Assembly: GCA_020137815.1 (NCBI GenBank)
Contig: CM035354.1
Span: forward strand, 5,146,001-5,210,000
DNA from: Hormiphora californensis
Taxonomy: Eukaryota; Animalia; Ctenophora
Direction of reading: 5' to 3'
DNA: 64,000 bases
Shown here: positions 41,719-54,900 of the stretch, one piece after another
Layout of the letters: every line of letters begins with the position of its first letter
How positions within the stretch are numbered: the stretch's first letter is position 1
Position numbers and translations under genes: made by a program
Notes under the pieces: generated by a model
Told to the model about the DNA's origin: nothing
The model's input: only the letters and a program-made list of their open reading frames with translations
Database searches by the model: none

Positions 41719-42719
41719 ACGCACACAACTCACTCAAACACAAACAAAGGAAGCTGAGGTTTTTAGACCCCTCCCTTCTTCAGAAACTCCCTTGAAAACC
41801 TAACTTTCCTGGATGTCCCTGTCATGTGTGTGACATACTTTCAACTCTAGTTGCAAGATATGGAGTTCCACTCATTTGCTACTCCATAATATATTGCAGG
41901 AGTGGCCACTGGTCGTGGTTTTTATTTAGGCTCCCTATCAGTGTGAAACAGCTTGTCATATCATGGTTCTCACCAATACCCATATTTTCAGTGTGGCTGA
42001 TTGAAATCTCTAGAGGGTTTATTACTGGGTTTATTACTCGTAGAGAAACTCAAATCCAAAATAAACAGTGGATTTTGGATTTGAGTTCCTCTGAGAAATT
42101 GTTCTGTCTAGTACCTTCCCCAGCATCTCTTACCAGATCAAGTTCTGAAGTCTAGGACAATTTAACTAAGAGACAGTTACCAATGATTTTGTATAATGTT
42201 CCATTTTGTGCAGATCTTGCTACGGAAGAAGCAGCGTCGTTTTCTACACGTCAGACCACATTTGGGGTAGTTCATGGAACGCGCGAGAGTCCCAGTGATA
42301 TACGGAGAACAGCGCGCACAGCTCTTCCGAGCCATTCGGGGGTAGATGAGGTGTGAAATGGGACCTCGCTCCCCTCTTGTGTAACAAATGAGGTGATGAG
42401 GTAGTGTTGTGTACTGATTAGAGGCTATAGAATGAACTTGGTTCCTGTCCTTTAAACAAGGAAACGCCAGGAGTCATGTGAGGTGAGAGATAACACACCC
42501 ACACACTGTCTCCTCTCTTCTAGCACAAGGAGGGAGGATCGCGCGATACACTTGCGCGCCACTGCCTCCACACCTCAGTTGCTAGCAATAAGCAGACCGG
42601 ACTTGATAAAACAGAATCTGTGTGTAAATGGTAAAATAGAAATGAAATATAAAAAACTTAAAATGGATGTTCGTCACGCCTGGGTTTGTAATAAATTATG
42701 AATTCTGTGATCATCTCTA

Positions 42720-43881
42720 TCATGACAAATGTTGTCTAATCCCACTAAAAGTGAACACAAGTCCAAGTGTAATAATCCCTCCTAGACCCACAAAACCAAG
42801 TGCAGATGCTGCCGATGTTGAAGGTTGGTCTGCAGCTCTCACTGCCTCTTCTAGGTTAGCAGGTGGAGGTTGCATTTTATCACACATCTCCTCCCCTACC
42901 TCCTGTACACACCTCTCTAGCTCCCTAACAGTGTCCAATACAGCCATGTAGTTATCTAGAACACCAGATTCCTCGACCCTGTTACCAGACCACTCACTCT
43001 CCATCTTCCTACTTTCCCTGACCTGGCCCAGAACGTATTTAGCTGATCCCCGCATGTACCTGAGGTGTCTGTTGAATATCTTGAGAACCTTAGCTGTGTC
43101 CCTACAGTCTAGTTGAAGGTTGTACAATGTTTGGGACATATCAGGCATCTCAAACTCAGTTGGGTGCAGTTGTCTGACTGCCTCTAACAATTTCTTCTGA
43201 TTACCAATCTGTGTCACCCCAGCACTCTCCAAATCATGCTGGTTCATCGTTAGCAGTGTCTCAAAGTCTATCTTGTGTGCACGGAAGATGGGAGAGAGGG
43301 AGCTCAGCTCTATAGATGATAGGAACATCTCTAGATCTCCATGCTGCTGAAAGGTACCCCCTGTATGTGCCTCAAATGTGCCACCCTTCCCATCTAGCAG
43401 GGTGAAGAGACGCTGGTGTCCACACTGTCTGGCTATATCAGCCGCAGCTAGACCCTCGTTAGACTGAATGAAGATAGAGGCGTTGTGGGAACGTAGTGTC
43501 TCTACGCAGGCGATGTGATTCCTCTCAGCTGCATACAGCATGGCAGTCCACCCTCTCTGAAATAATGAGTTGAGTAGAAGGGGTTTTTTGTCTTTTGAGT
43601 GTAACCCCAGTCGCCCAAAACAGATAGGATATCAGATAGCAGTTGATAGAGGGGATATGAATGAAGATAACCAGATACATTATCAGTGACATTACCTGAT
43701 CTTGTTTATTGATATATGAACTATCAGATAGGGAACAGAGGAGGTTCACTGTATCTGTGTAGCCATGTCCAGCAGCCAGCATTAGAGGGGTTATGTGCTG
43801 CCTATCATGTACCACTATACTTGCACCCGCGTCAACCAACAACTGAACACACTTTAGTACCTGTGAGGGGTGTGGGGTGAT

Positions 43882-43919
<38 letters not shown>

Positions 43920-45337
43920 TTGCATGGGAAGTTGAACATTATGAGCGGCAATAATTAGCCATTAGCTATTTCTATCACACAGTCGACAAACAAATTCATA
44001 GCGCCAGGCATTCCACGAGCCAGGAAGATCATAACAAACATAACATATGACCACTTTGAATACATTATTTAAAAGTTAATTAGTAATCACCGACCACACC
44101 AACACTTACTGATTCGGGAGGTAATGAGTCCTTGTGTACACCAGCCATTACCGGATAGAACATGTCACAATGAGTGTTCACATCAGCACCCTTCCCAATC
44201 AAATATTGGCACATATCGGGGTAGCAGTATTCCACAGCGTACATTAGGGGGGTCCACCCTGAACCGAACTGGTAGTCAACAGGAAACCGCTCTGAATCTG
44301 TCTCTAGTGTCTCTTTTACCTGGTAATGAGTTGTGTAAGCGATACTAAACATGCTCTTTTACAAATGTAAAGGAGGGTTAGAACATAACACACACCAACA
44401 ATTGGTTCACTTAGTGAAGTGAACAACTGCTGGCTGGAGAATACAAAGTGTATAGCGCAGTACACTAACGTACATTTTACAGCTACATGTACTGCACAAC
44501 TTGACAGTCTTGTTGTATGAAATGTGTGATTGCATGTGATCAGGCCTCAGGGGGACCTCACACGATCTCTCTCTTTACACTGCCAAATAATCAAATGTAC
44601 ACAGTACACAAACACACACACTACACAGATACAGTATACACGTCGATTTGATAAGTGTAAACAATACATTCTGTCAGATGTCACCGCCCCTGTTACAGCA
44701 ATACAGATGTGAGCAGTCAACCTGTTTGTCTGTTTGTTGTAGGACATCTCTTTAGGTCTCGGGTCTGTCTAGTTAATTATATCCCTCCCGGGGTTCAATA
44801 TTGCTTTGTAGAACGTCGATTAATAAAGAGCAGTTAACTCGGGGGTCTGTACTGGTACAATGGGAGTAATTAGGAGATGAGGGCTCACAACTTATCTCAC
44901 AGTATACGACTAGGGGTCTGTTATTATAGGGGACAGTTAACTTTGGAACAATGAATTTAATTGAGAGAGGGCTCACAAAATGTCTCTTTCACAGTATGAT
45001 CATGTCTGCAGTATAGTAGGGGACAAGTGGAACAATAACAATGACAATGAGAATATAATTGATAGAGGGCTCAACTAACCAACTCAAAGTTTCCTCTCTT
45101 GATGGCATTCAGAAGATCCTGAGAAACAATTGTCTCCTTCCTCAACTCTCCATAATCAACCTCCTCCTCCTCTTCTACAGCTGCTGCAGTATGGTTACCA
45201 TGGTTACCATGGCTACCAGCATGATGGTTACCATAGTTACCACACCCTCCTCCTCCACCGTACCAATCTCCCTCCTCATCACTACTACTCTCGTCACCAG
45301 CCACGTAGACTCTCTGATTCACAACCCTACCCGGCAT
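42720..45337 (-). CDS. ASZ1: Ankyrin repeat + SAM + C-terminal TM protein (GASZ), piRNA pathway
   Basis: N-terminal VAGDESSSDEEGDW; ankyrins GWTPLMYA, ITPLMLAA, GWTAMLYAA; SAM DLEMFLSSIEL...IDFETLLTM...IGNQKKLLEAV; C-terminal hydrophobic anchor. Confidence 0.85.
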
Positions 45338-45708
45338 TCTGGATAGGGAATAGAGGGGGTATAGGGTGGGGTACACACCCTGACAAACACGCACAGATAG
45401 ATATAGTCGGGGGAGAGTGTATTGAGAGAGAGAGCTTGTTGTATTCAGGATAGATATCTCACAATCAGACCGTCCTGTATTATATCACTTTATCATCATC
45501 CAGCACCCTTTTACACTTTCTTTTTTCCCAACAACAACACACTTCTTTCACACTCTTCCTTCTTCCTTCTTTCACCAAGAACTAATGTAGTTCACTTTGA
45601 TAACAACCAGATCACTGATTTCAGTAAAATATGAAACACACACTTTTGTAAAAAGTAGACATTTATAAATCGAATATATAGAGATTATATATATATAATG
45701 GATTGGAT

Positions 45709-46834
45709 GGTCATTTTTTTTTTTAACTTGTGCAACTACCAAATTTTTTCAAATGATCATAGCAAAATAGCTGTGGCCACTGGAAATTTACTCAGCACCT
45801 CAAAAAATCGAGAAATATCGAAAGTTCAATTTAGTGAAAGAACGAAGTCTCTAGCTTACTCCAGTGAGGTGCTATATCATTTCTACGCCGTGAGGTGCTA
45901 TCGTGAGGTGCCCCCGATTTGTAGAAAAACCGTTTGATCAAAAATCTCCAAACTTTCAGAAATGGTGGGAATATTTCTCACCCATCAGATGAGGTGAAAT
46001 CCATGGAAAAATTTACTCATTTGGTGAGGTGCAAGCCGATTTTAGAGCTAAAAGTTTACTCATTAGGGGTCAAATGAGTAAATAAAGAATTGAAACTTGG
46101 CATAAAGCAAGATTAGACAATTTGCCTCCTGATTTACCGAAAATTTTCTCCAAAAATTACTCAGCAAGTGAGGTGCAGACCCTCAAAAAATGACATATTT
46201 TACCTACTTCTCCAGTGCACCTCACAGGTTGAGTAATAACCTTTGAATCGATTAGGTAGTGTTTAGGGATGTCATATGAGCAAATTAAGGCCACTTTTAG
46301 AACTATATACTCACTGAGTGAGGTGCAATTAGCGTTTGAAGAAAATACAGTTTTTTGGGTGCACCTCACTCATTGAGCAAAATTTTTGGAACTTTTTTGG
46401 TACAAATGATGGTTTTGAGTCTACTGCAAGTATCTAGCTAGGAAAAGTCGTGAAACGTGAGGTGCTACGGGCTTAAAAGTAGCTGTAAGTATACAGTGTA
46501 ACTTTAAACACCGTTTGCACCTCATAGATTGAGTAAGTTTGCTTACATATTTTAAAGGTGTTTATATTGGACATTTTTCAGCATATTTTCGAAAATTTTA
46601 GGAAAAAATATTAAAATTTGACGGAATGGCACACGCTTTTGCAAACATGGTCACCGGCACCTCACGAGATGAGTTTTTAATTTATTTTGCCTGTAAATCT
46701 ATTCCCTATACACTTTTACACATAATATTCGTTGGAAAATAATATTTTTTGACAAAAACTATGATAAAAGTCGAAAAAACTGAACTTATGTCATTTTCGG
46801 AAAAATTTTTGCACAAGTTAAAAAAAAAAAGACC
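45709..46834. mobile_element. Non-autonomous TIR element with many TGAGGTGC subterminal repeats
   Basis: GGTCA-T(n)-AACTTGTGCAA versus TTGCACAAGTT-A(n)-GACC; inward-oriented GTGAGGTGC/GCACCTCA motifs; no clear TSD. Confidence 0.75.
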
Positions 46835-46898
46835 ATATGGAGAGTAGAGGGGGTGGATAATTATGATTCAAGCTGAGTTAAATTTGTGAGTGTCTCTC

Positions 46899-48479
46899 TC
46901 AATCTTGGTCATCCCCTTGGTCAGATTGATCTTGTGAAGTCATGTTGTCAGTAGTTGAAGAGGGCTCCTCAGAAGGTTCAGCAACCCTCTCCTCCTCCTG
47001 GGGAGGGGCGGTATAATTATCAGTCTCAGCCAGCAAATTATCTTCCTCTGTCTGTTCTCCTGTTGTAGAAGAAGGCTCTTGGTTCACTTGTTCTTCCTTT
47101 ACAGCTTCAGAAGGAACAGGAACACTATCTGGTTCCTCAGAAACTGCTGCTTCATTCGATTCCTGTTTTACAGACTCTACTGTTACTTGGCTAGCACCTT
47201 CCTCCTCTTGGCTAGTAGCAGTTGAGTCGATATGTTCCTCCTTCACGCCTTCCTCAGCAGTTTCACCCTCGGCAGTACCCTCCTCAGTAGCAGCGGCTTC
47301 TGTTTTAGTTGCAGCAGTTTCTGGTTTAGTTTCAGTTGTCTCCTCTGTTTTTGCCTCCTTTGCCTCCTTCCCCTCTTCCTCCTCAGTCTTCCTCTTGACC
47401 CCTCCGTCACGGGGTGGTACATGGTACATTGGCCGGTAGGGTCGGTGTCCTCCAAAGTAGCCCCCTCTAGGCTGGAACCCAGGACCTCCATGAGTCCTGT
47501 CAGATAGGGACCGGGGTCTCAGGCACCTCCTACATTCCGTCCTAAAGTGGAAGTTGTTATTGCCACACTTGTTACAGTCCCAGTCACCCGTTCGAGGGGG
47601 TCTACCTCCACCCATACCTCCCATGGGGTGGGGGTACCGGGGGTTGTAAGGATGCCGTGGTCCCTGGTGGTGGAAGCCTCTGTTGTACCCTCCAGGAGGT
47701 CCATGTTGGTAACCCGGTGCCGAGGTGGGAGGTCCAGATGTGGGTCCTGTTTCTGCAACCGGCTGGGATTTCTTGTCGCTAACATTGGGGTTAGAGAGCG
47801 GGGCGATCTCTACCTTGATGTTAATTCCATTCATTTCACTTTCATTGAACCACTTGATAGCACTCTCTGCAGAGGATGTAGTTTCATATTCAACAGTGAC
47901 CACCCCCTCCATGGGTCGACACTTTACACTACTCTGCCCGTACCTATCCTTGATAATGCTACCCACCGTTGCGAACTTGTCTGTTATCTCCTTGATGTTG
48001 GGAGGCTTGGTCCGGTCTAGACCAGATATCTGTACCGTGTGTGGCTGGTATTGCTTCACGGGAGCGGAAACTGTAGCAGACGGTGCTGTGCAGTCTGTTA
48101 CATTGACTGCCGCAGAGTTGGCAGCGGCGGCAGCATGTGCGGCTTGTTGTTGTTGCTGTTGTTGTGCTGCTGCATACTGCTGATATTGGGCCATGTATTG
48201 AGAATATTGCTGGTACTGGGCGTAGTACTGGGCATACTGGGCCTGGTTCACTGAAATTAGAGGGTCGTTAGGGAAGGGTTTAAAATTACCAATATGCATT
48301 TATTGTCTGCTTTTCATTATTAATTTAATAGAATTTTGTTGAAATTACTAGCATCACGTGCATTACTTTGTTCAAACTCTTTTATTCATAACAGTCTAAC
48401 TTGGCAAGCATTACTTACTTTGTTGTTGTGCAGCTGGGGCTCCAGGATAGCCGGGGTAATGAGGGTGTGCTGCTGCCAT
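46899..48479 (-). CDS. FET-family-like RNA-binding protein (Q/Y-rich, RRM, RanBP2 zinc finger, acidic tail); exons 48479-48419 and 48250-46899
   Basis: QY low-complexity N-terminus; RRM TVQISGL...FATVGSI...VEYETTSSAESAIKWFN; GDWDCNKCGNNNFHFRTECRRC. Confidence 0.8.
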
Positions 48480-48819
48480 ACCTGACCAAATAAATAACCT
48501 TAATAAACTGATAATCAAGACAAATCGCAACGTAGTTAAAGCTCGCCAAGTAACAATAACAACAAATTTGACTAGATCCAGCACTCGCCACTCAGCAGTA
48601 GGTGCGTTAAAAGGTCGTGTCAAAATAGTGTCAAAATTCAAATGTGGAGTCAGGACTCAGGAGTATGTGCAGTTTGGCAAAAACTCAGCGTTGACTTAGA
48701 CAACAAGGAGCCGACAGGCTAGGGGGCCTTGGCGAGCGAGCTGGCCCATGGGCCCTGGGGCTGGAGTTCAGAATCGGAAAACGTTAAAATCTGGGTGCCT
48801 TTCATTGCTAACAATTCGT

Positions 48820-49310
48820 AGTTTTGGCGCGCGCGACGGGTTAGGGCTATCCGTTAGGGTCTGGTTAGGGTTTGGTTTGGGGTTACCGGTTAGGGCTATC
48901 GATTCTCTAACTGATACCGTTTAGTTTACACAAATCGGCCATGTGGTTCCATGGCTATAGCCGTTTGAAAAAAGTCGGTCTAAGTATACTCTTTTGGTAG
49001 CGCGCACCTGTAAACAGGCCGCAAGGCACCCAGATTATAATCGCGCCCTTCAGAATCAGACTTCAGAGACGGTTTTTCGCGAAGGAAAAATCAAAAAACG
49101 AAAGTTCGTCGCTAAAAAGCGAACGCGACGTCATGTCAAAAACTACGCTGCCAAATCGCGCGCGCGATGGAACGCGCTAAAATTGGCGTAGTTTTCTTCG
49201 GCGCGCGTAAATTTCATTTTTCCGAAAATTCCACAATTTCCGAAAATTCCACAATTTTCCGACAAAAATCGCGGCATTTTCGGATTTTTTATCAATTTTT
49301 CCCGGTTTCC
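48820..49310. promoter_or_regulatory. CpG/GCGC-rich putative bidirectional promoter region
   Basis: GCGCGC and TTTTCGCG-type motifs between divergent genes; similar islands at about 10480-10710, 15700-15860 and 34060-34180 upstream of other genes. Confidence 0.4.
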
Positions 49311-49806
49311 CACCCGAAATGTGTTCTGGTGCCTGGACACAGTGGAGACGACCTATCTACGCATGAATAGCTCTCCAGATTTCTGCCTGGTAATAAAAAT
49401 TAGAAAGAACTTCTTGCAACCGAAGTTGGGACTTGGGTACAATCTTCTGTGCCCTGCCCCTGGTCACCACTCATCGACAGTCTTCCAGACTTGTATCAGC
49501 ACCGTTGTCTCCTTCGCTACACAAGGTTTAACATTTTCAGTCTCTCCCAATGATCATGATTCTTCAAACGCCAAATGTCTTGTGAAAGGAAGTACACCAC
49601 ACCGTGGTCCACGGGGTCGGTGATGGTGTTGTCATTGATCTGAAATATGAGACAATAGACGGTGTCGCCAGTCGGTGTCTAGACTCTGAATAAGATACTA
49701 CTTATCAGCATATATATTTCCTGTTGTTAATTGTCCTTAGTTTACTGATCATCTTGGTAGGAAATTGAAAATCCAAATATTTTAGTTACGATGTCAAGAA
49801 GTTTAA

Positions 49807-51257
49807 ATGGGGTGCGGTACATCAGTAGCAGCAGCGAGTGCAAGTGTTGCTCCATCAAAGTCTAACAACCTCAGGTAATTAACACAGCAAGTAATTATCA
49901 TGTTAGTTGACGTTGTAACTGATACTTTTTGTAGTATTTAGACCGTTATTAACCGAAATCCCTTTCCAGGGCACCCAGTACCGTGAAAGATGCGGGATCA
50001 CAAACGAGTGTCACGGTACTAATCTCATCAGCGCCAAATGCTCGAAATGAGGCACACGATGCCAGAAAGGAGCGGATGGCAATGCACCGAGCGGCTGCCC
50101 TCGCCAAGGCCCAGGAGCTCAGTAACTCCAGGGGAGGGTACACTACAAGTCTCTACACGGAGAGTGGTGGTCTCTCTACACCCCGATCTGGGTACAGTAG
50201 GACAAGGAAAATAAAGAGCGGGGGAGGAGGAGGTAGTGATGTGGGGAGTGTCATATCAGGGTCAGATTCAGGGTGTACCTTAACCCGTAATTCAGCGGGG
50301 AGAAAGAGTCAAGTGAGTGCTAGGAATAACCAATACGCAGCCCTTGCCAGTTCGTACAACAACAAACGCAAGAAATCACGTTCAGCTCGGCACAGCTCCG
50401 TAGTGAATCCAACATCTCCAGTTGATAGTAGTGACTCCCTCACTAAACAGGCAGATACGGGGTATGATGGAAGTGTATCGAGTGGACCTTCATCTACCAT
50501 TCTCCTAAACAACACCAGACCACCCAACCAACCACAGAGACTCAGCACGGTGGTGAGTGAGGAGGGAGGGAGTTCAGAGAGAACGGAGGTCAGGGTACCT
50601 CTTCCTGAACCAATGGAAACAAACTCTTCTACAGAACCAGATGATGAGGAGGACATGTCGGCTGGTTCAAAGGAGGACGCTGCTGAGAGCGTGCCGGCTA
50701 CAACAAGCATTCATCCAGACAGTCATCAAGTTGTAGCAAATGAGAATAATAATGTTCATGTTGCAACTGGTGAAATTGCTATCAACGAGCCCCAAACAAA
50801 GGATGAAAATATGCCTCTACATTCCCCAGAACCAACAATCGCCGATAAACCCACTGCTTCTGATGTTGTGGAATCTGAAACTGTAGATAAGGAGTTGGGC
50901 AAAAGTTCATTTGTAGAGAATGTATCAGTAGAAGGGGGAACTGAGGGGGAGCCTGTTGGTAAAATGGAAACAATTGAAACAACTGATAAAGTCGAGGTAC
51001 AAGCTGACAAAGAGTCAGACACTAATAATAAAGATAATAGTGAAGAGAATGAGAAGGATTTAGAGACTAGAAATAGTAAAGAGATTGGTACTGAGAAGGA
51101 CAATGAATCTAGCAGGGAAGAACTCAATAACAATATAATCTCAGTAGGGGAAGTGAGTGACAACAAAGGTGACAAACTATTAGACAGTAACAAAGTTGTG
51201 ACTAATGACAACCCTATGACACATGACAATGTGATAAGCATGGCCGAGGTAGCATAG
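49807..51257 (+). CDS. Predicted N-myristoylated/palmitoylated disordered protein; exons 49807-49874 and 49970-51257
   Basis: MGCGTS start; phase-2 splice joins in frame to the 424-aa ORF; Ser-rich then Glu-rich. Confidence 0.75.
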
Positions 51258-51931
51258 CGACTACTATTCGATACATATCTGATTTTTACTTCCTGACATT
51301 TCTATTATCAATTTGTTTGTAAATCGTTAGTTTGTACTTGTTAGTTTTTACCATTTGATCTCAATCACACTTGTTTTATTCTAAACCCCTGCAGTATCAT
51401 ATATCTTCATATTTTTTGCCCAATCTCCATTCTCCCCCACTACCTAACTACCCCATGCTAAGTGCTAACTCCCTACCTGACTACCTATATTCCGAACACC
51501 TTCCTAATGTCATACCGAGCTATCTCGGGTTTCCGGTCTCCCTCCCAACTCCCTCCTCTCTCTTTCTCCCGTCTCCATTCTCTCTGCTGTTCCCATGACA
51601 ACAGATCAGTAAACCTTGTTACCATTCGCCTCTCATTATGTCTCCCCCTTTTCTTTTCTCCTTCTTTTATTCTTAGAGTTTTATATTCTTGTTTTCGACT
51701 TTTCAATGTTTTCTTGTTTTCTCCTCCCCTGAAATTTTCAATGTTTTCTTGTTTTCCCCTGAAGCGCGAGTGGACTCTCTTGTTGTATGATACTCTTCAC
51801 TAGCTCGTGTGTAGTAGTGCACGCCACATCACAAGCATTTACACCCCTCTCTCCCCTGATCCGTCTAGCTGGCATCTAGCTCTGTTGTACGTCGCTCCTA
51901 ACACAGTAGTTATATGGGACCTATCTGAGAC

Positions 51932-54900
51932 ATGGACAACTATAAGATACTTCAGCGGTTGGGAAAGGGCGCCCAGGGGTCTGTCTTTCTGGTTGAATCA
52001 AAGGAGGATGGACAAAAGTAAGCAGTATTTTTGTTTTTACAATTTGTCAGAGTGATCCTAGGATGTTATTTATTCAGGCTACGAAATTACATAACTATAT
52101 CATCACGCAGATCCCTTCTTGTTGAGTAATGGACAAGCGAGTAACCCTTTACTCAACAACCCCCTGTAACCCCTTACTCAACAGGTATGTGTTGAAGAAG
52201 ATGGAATGCAGGGACGAGGCTGAAGCTAACAATGCCTTCAAGGAAGCCAAGGCTCTCCAGGAGCTGGCACACCCCTACATTTGTGGGTACAAGGAGAACT
52301 TTGTCAGTTGGGACCGTGAGGAGGGAGCCATGTTTGTATGCATTGTCATGGAGTACTACCCGCTAAAGGATCTTGAGGTAGGTTACAATTGAGTGGCCGC
52401 ATTTTACCGTGCTCTGTAAGGGTTTGGTAATTGGTAGATCAAGGTTACAATGAACAGTTACTGATTTGAAAAGTTTACTTAGAAAGTAGTACCACGGTGT
52501 AACTTGTTTGTAGGTTTGTTTGAAGAAGAAAAGGTCAAACAGAGAGAAATTGGATGAGCTAGTTCTGAAGAAGTGGATTGGGCAAATGCTTGATGCGATG
52601 ACGTTCGTACATGAAAAGGTAAAACTCATTCAATCATTCTTCTCTAGATTGTGACCTTCTCCAGTGTTTGTTTGTTCGACCTTCTCTGTTGGATAGGATT
52701 CTCTCCTCCTATCCAATAAGTAAAGCCCCCTGGAATCTGATCTCTGTTTTCTTCCAGGGTGTTATTCATCGTGATTTGAAGCCCAGTAACATCTTCATGC
52801 GATCCTCCCTGGACATCAGTGTGGGAGACTTTGGTGTTGCTACCGTCATGGGAGACGCCCGGACTAGGACACGAACAATGGTAAAAAACACGTACTTACT
52901 CTCTCTCTCCATTCTTTCAATTTAGCGCTGTTTAGGTTTACCAGCGTAACATCTTTCAGTTATCTAACAGCTTTTTTAAAGAATCTAGTACTCCATTCCC
53001 CCCTCCCCAGGTTGGTAGTATGAACTATGAAATTATAGTTTACCACCCCCCCCCCCTCCCCTCCCCAGGTTGGTAGTATGAACTGGATGGCTCCAGAGGT
53101 CCTGGAGCGACCCTACGATGAGAGAAGTGACTGTTGGAGTATGGGATGTATCATCCTAGAGATGGCTACCACAGGGACACACGATGAAAATGAAATCGCT
53201 TCCATTCTGGTCCAGATAAAACACTCTCCACAGGTGGGGTAGCATCGGGTTGCTATATAGTATTGCTAGTTATTCTCTACGGGTAGTGCTGATTCCTAGT
53301 TTGTTTTGGAGAATCCAACTCATCATTATCAGGTGTTGGAGGAAGCCCTAAGGGTAATTCAGGAGCAATATGAATCAGAAATTTGTGGAGTTATCAGAAC
53401 TATGCTGCGGAGAAACTTCAAACAGAGGCCAAGCACTTTGGAACTTAAGAATATGCAGTATGTAGAGCATTGCATTGCACTCAGTAAGGCCAGACCGGGG
53501 GAGGCTGGAAATGCTAATGGGGTTGAAGGTAAGGTCAATAAAATTTGATGATTTAGCTTAATATCAGTGGCATGAATTCAATTTTCTCAGAAGGCTTGGT
53601 ATCAGTGGGATTAGAATCTGATTCAGACATTGTTTTCAGAGTATGAGCCAGTGCCACGGGGTAAGAGTTTGGACATGCTATTTGATTACATTGGGAAGTA
53701 TAAAGAGGTCCAGGGAGCCATGTTGGACGCCCTGGATTACCTCAGCGAAATGACACGAAATGATAGGGTAGGAAATATATAATCATTGTTGTCTCAAACT
53801 CCAAAGTTTTGTTTCCAATTGTCAAACTCTAAAGTTCTATTCTGAACTTCTAATATCAGGTGGCGTTTAGTAACGACCAGAAGCGGCTGATAACTCAGGT
53901 TATGGAGACCCACATGGGGGATGAGAAGGTCCTAGTGGCAGCTATTGAGTTCCTGCAAAACCTTCTGACTGTTGTGGAAACTAATGATATTCTCATCCAG
54001 AAGGTAGCTGACTATTTGGTGGTGGTAAAGCTGTATCTCTTGACAGCACTTCTATCATGCTATGAGACTAAAAGCTCCCTACCTTCACTTCCCTATTTCC
54101 CCATCTCTCCCCACCACTCCTCTCAACCCCCCCCCCTCCCCAGGAGACTATCAGACCAGTGCTAAACGCAATGAGGAACCACAGTAACTCACCCCGTATC
54201 CAGGTGGTGGGAACTGCCCTTCTCATGTCCATGGGGGCTGATGAGGAGGCTATTGCAGATATCGGGGAAGAGGGTGGCATTCAGGATGTATTGGCTGCCC
54301 TTAGGGCATACCCTAACAACCCTGAGGTGAGATATTGATTCTATTGTGGTGGATCATGATCAAGGTTACTACTGCAGCCATGCTATCGGGTCGTCTGGTG
54401 GTCTTTGTTTCTGTTTGTCGGCTGTTTATCACAGACATTCACAATAGTGGGTGAAAATTGCTCCTTCTTCTGTCACGCATGCCCTTCCCGAATATCAGTG
54501 TCCCCCGCAGTAGCCATGTCCCCTGGTATTACCAGGTTGCTTCGTAAATGTTTGGAGTTAGCGAGATCAGAGAAAACATGGCCAAAGAGAATGAGAGAGA
54601 ATGAGAGAGAATGAGAATGAGAATGAGAGAGGTCAGAGGGAGAGAAAGGGATGGAGGTAATGTGAGGTAATTGTATTTTTAAGGTACATTCTCTGAGTGT
54701 TACCATGACTACCGCATTGGCGATACATATGTTGTTCGTGAGTGGGAGGGGTAAAAATGGAGTACGTGTCATGCTCTTCGCCATGATCTGTCGACAGATC
54801 ATGGTGAAGATAGATCTATCCATTCTTTATAAACCCAGCTCAGATAAATTATTGGCCGGTTTGAATTATGGTATAGGACCCCTGGCAGCTAGTAGTTGCC

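Noticed and set aside
39200-42700. Possible gene in the long region between the OCIA-like gene and ASZ1
   Set aside because: Only short low-complexity ORFs; no consistent exon chain found
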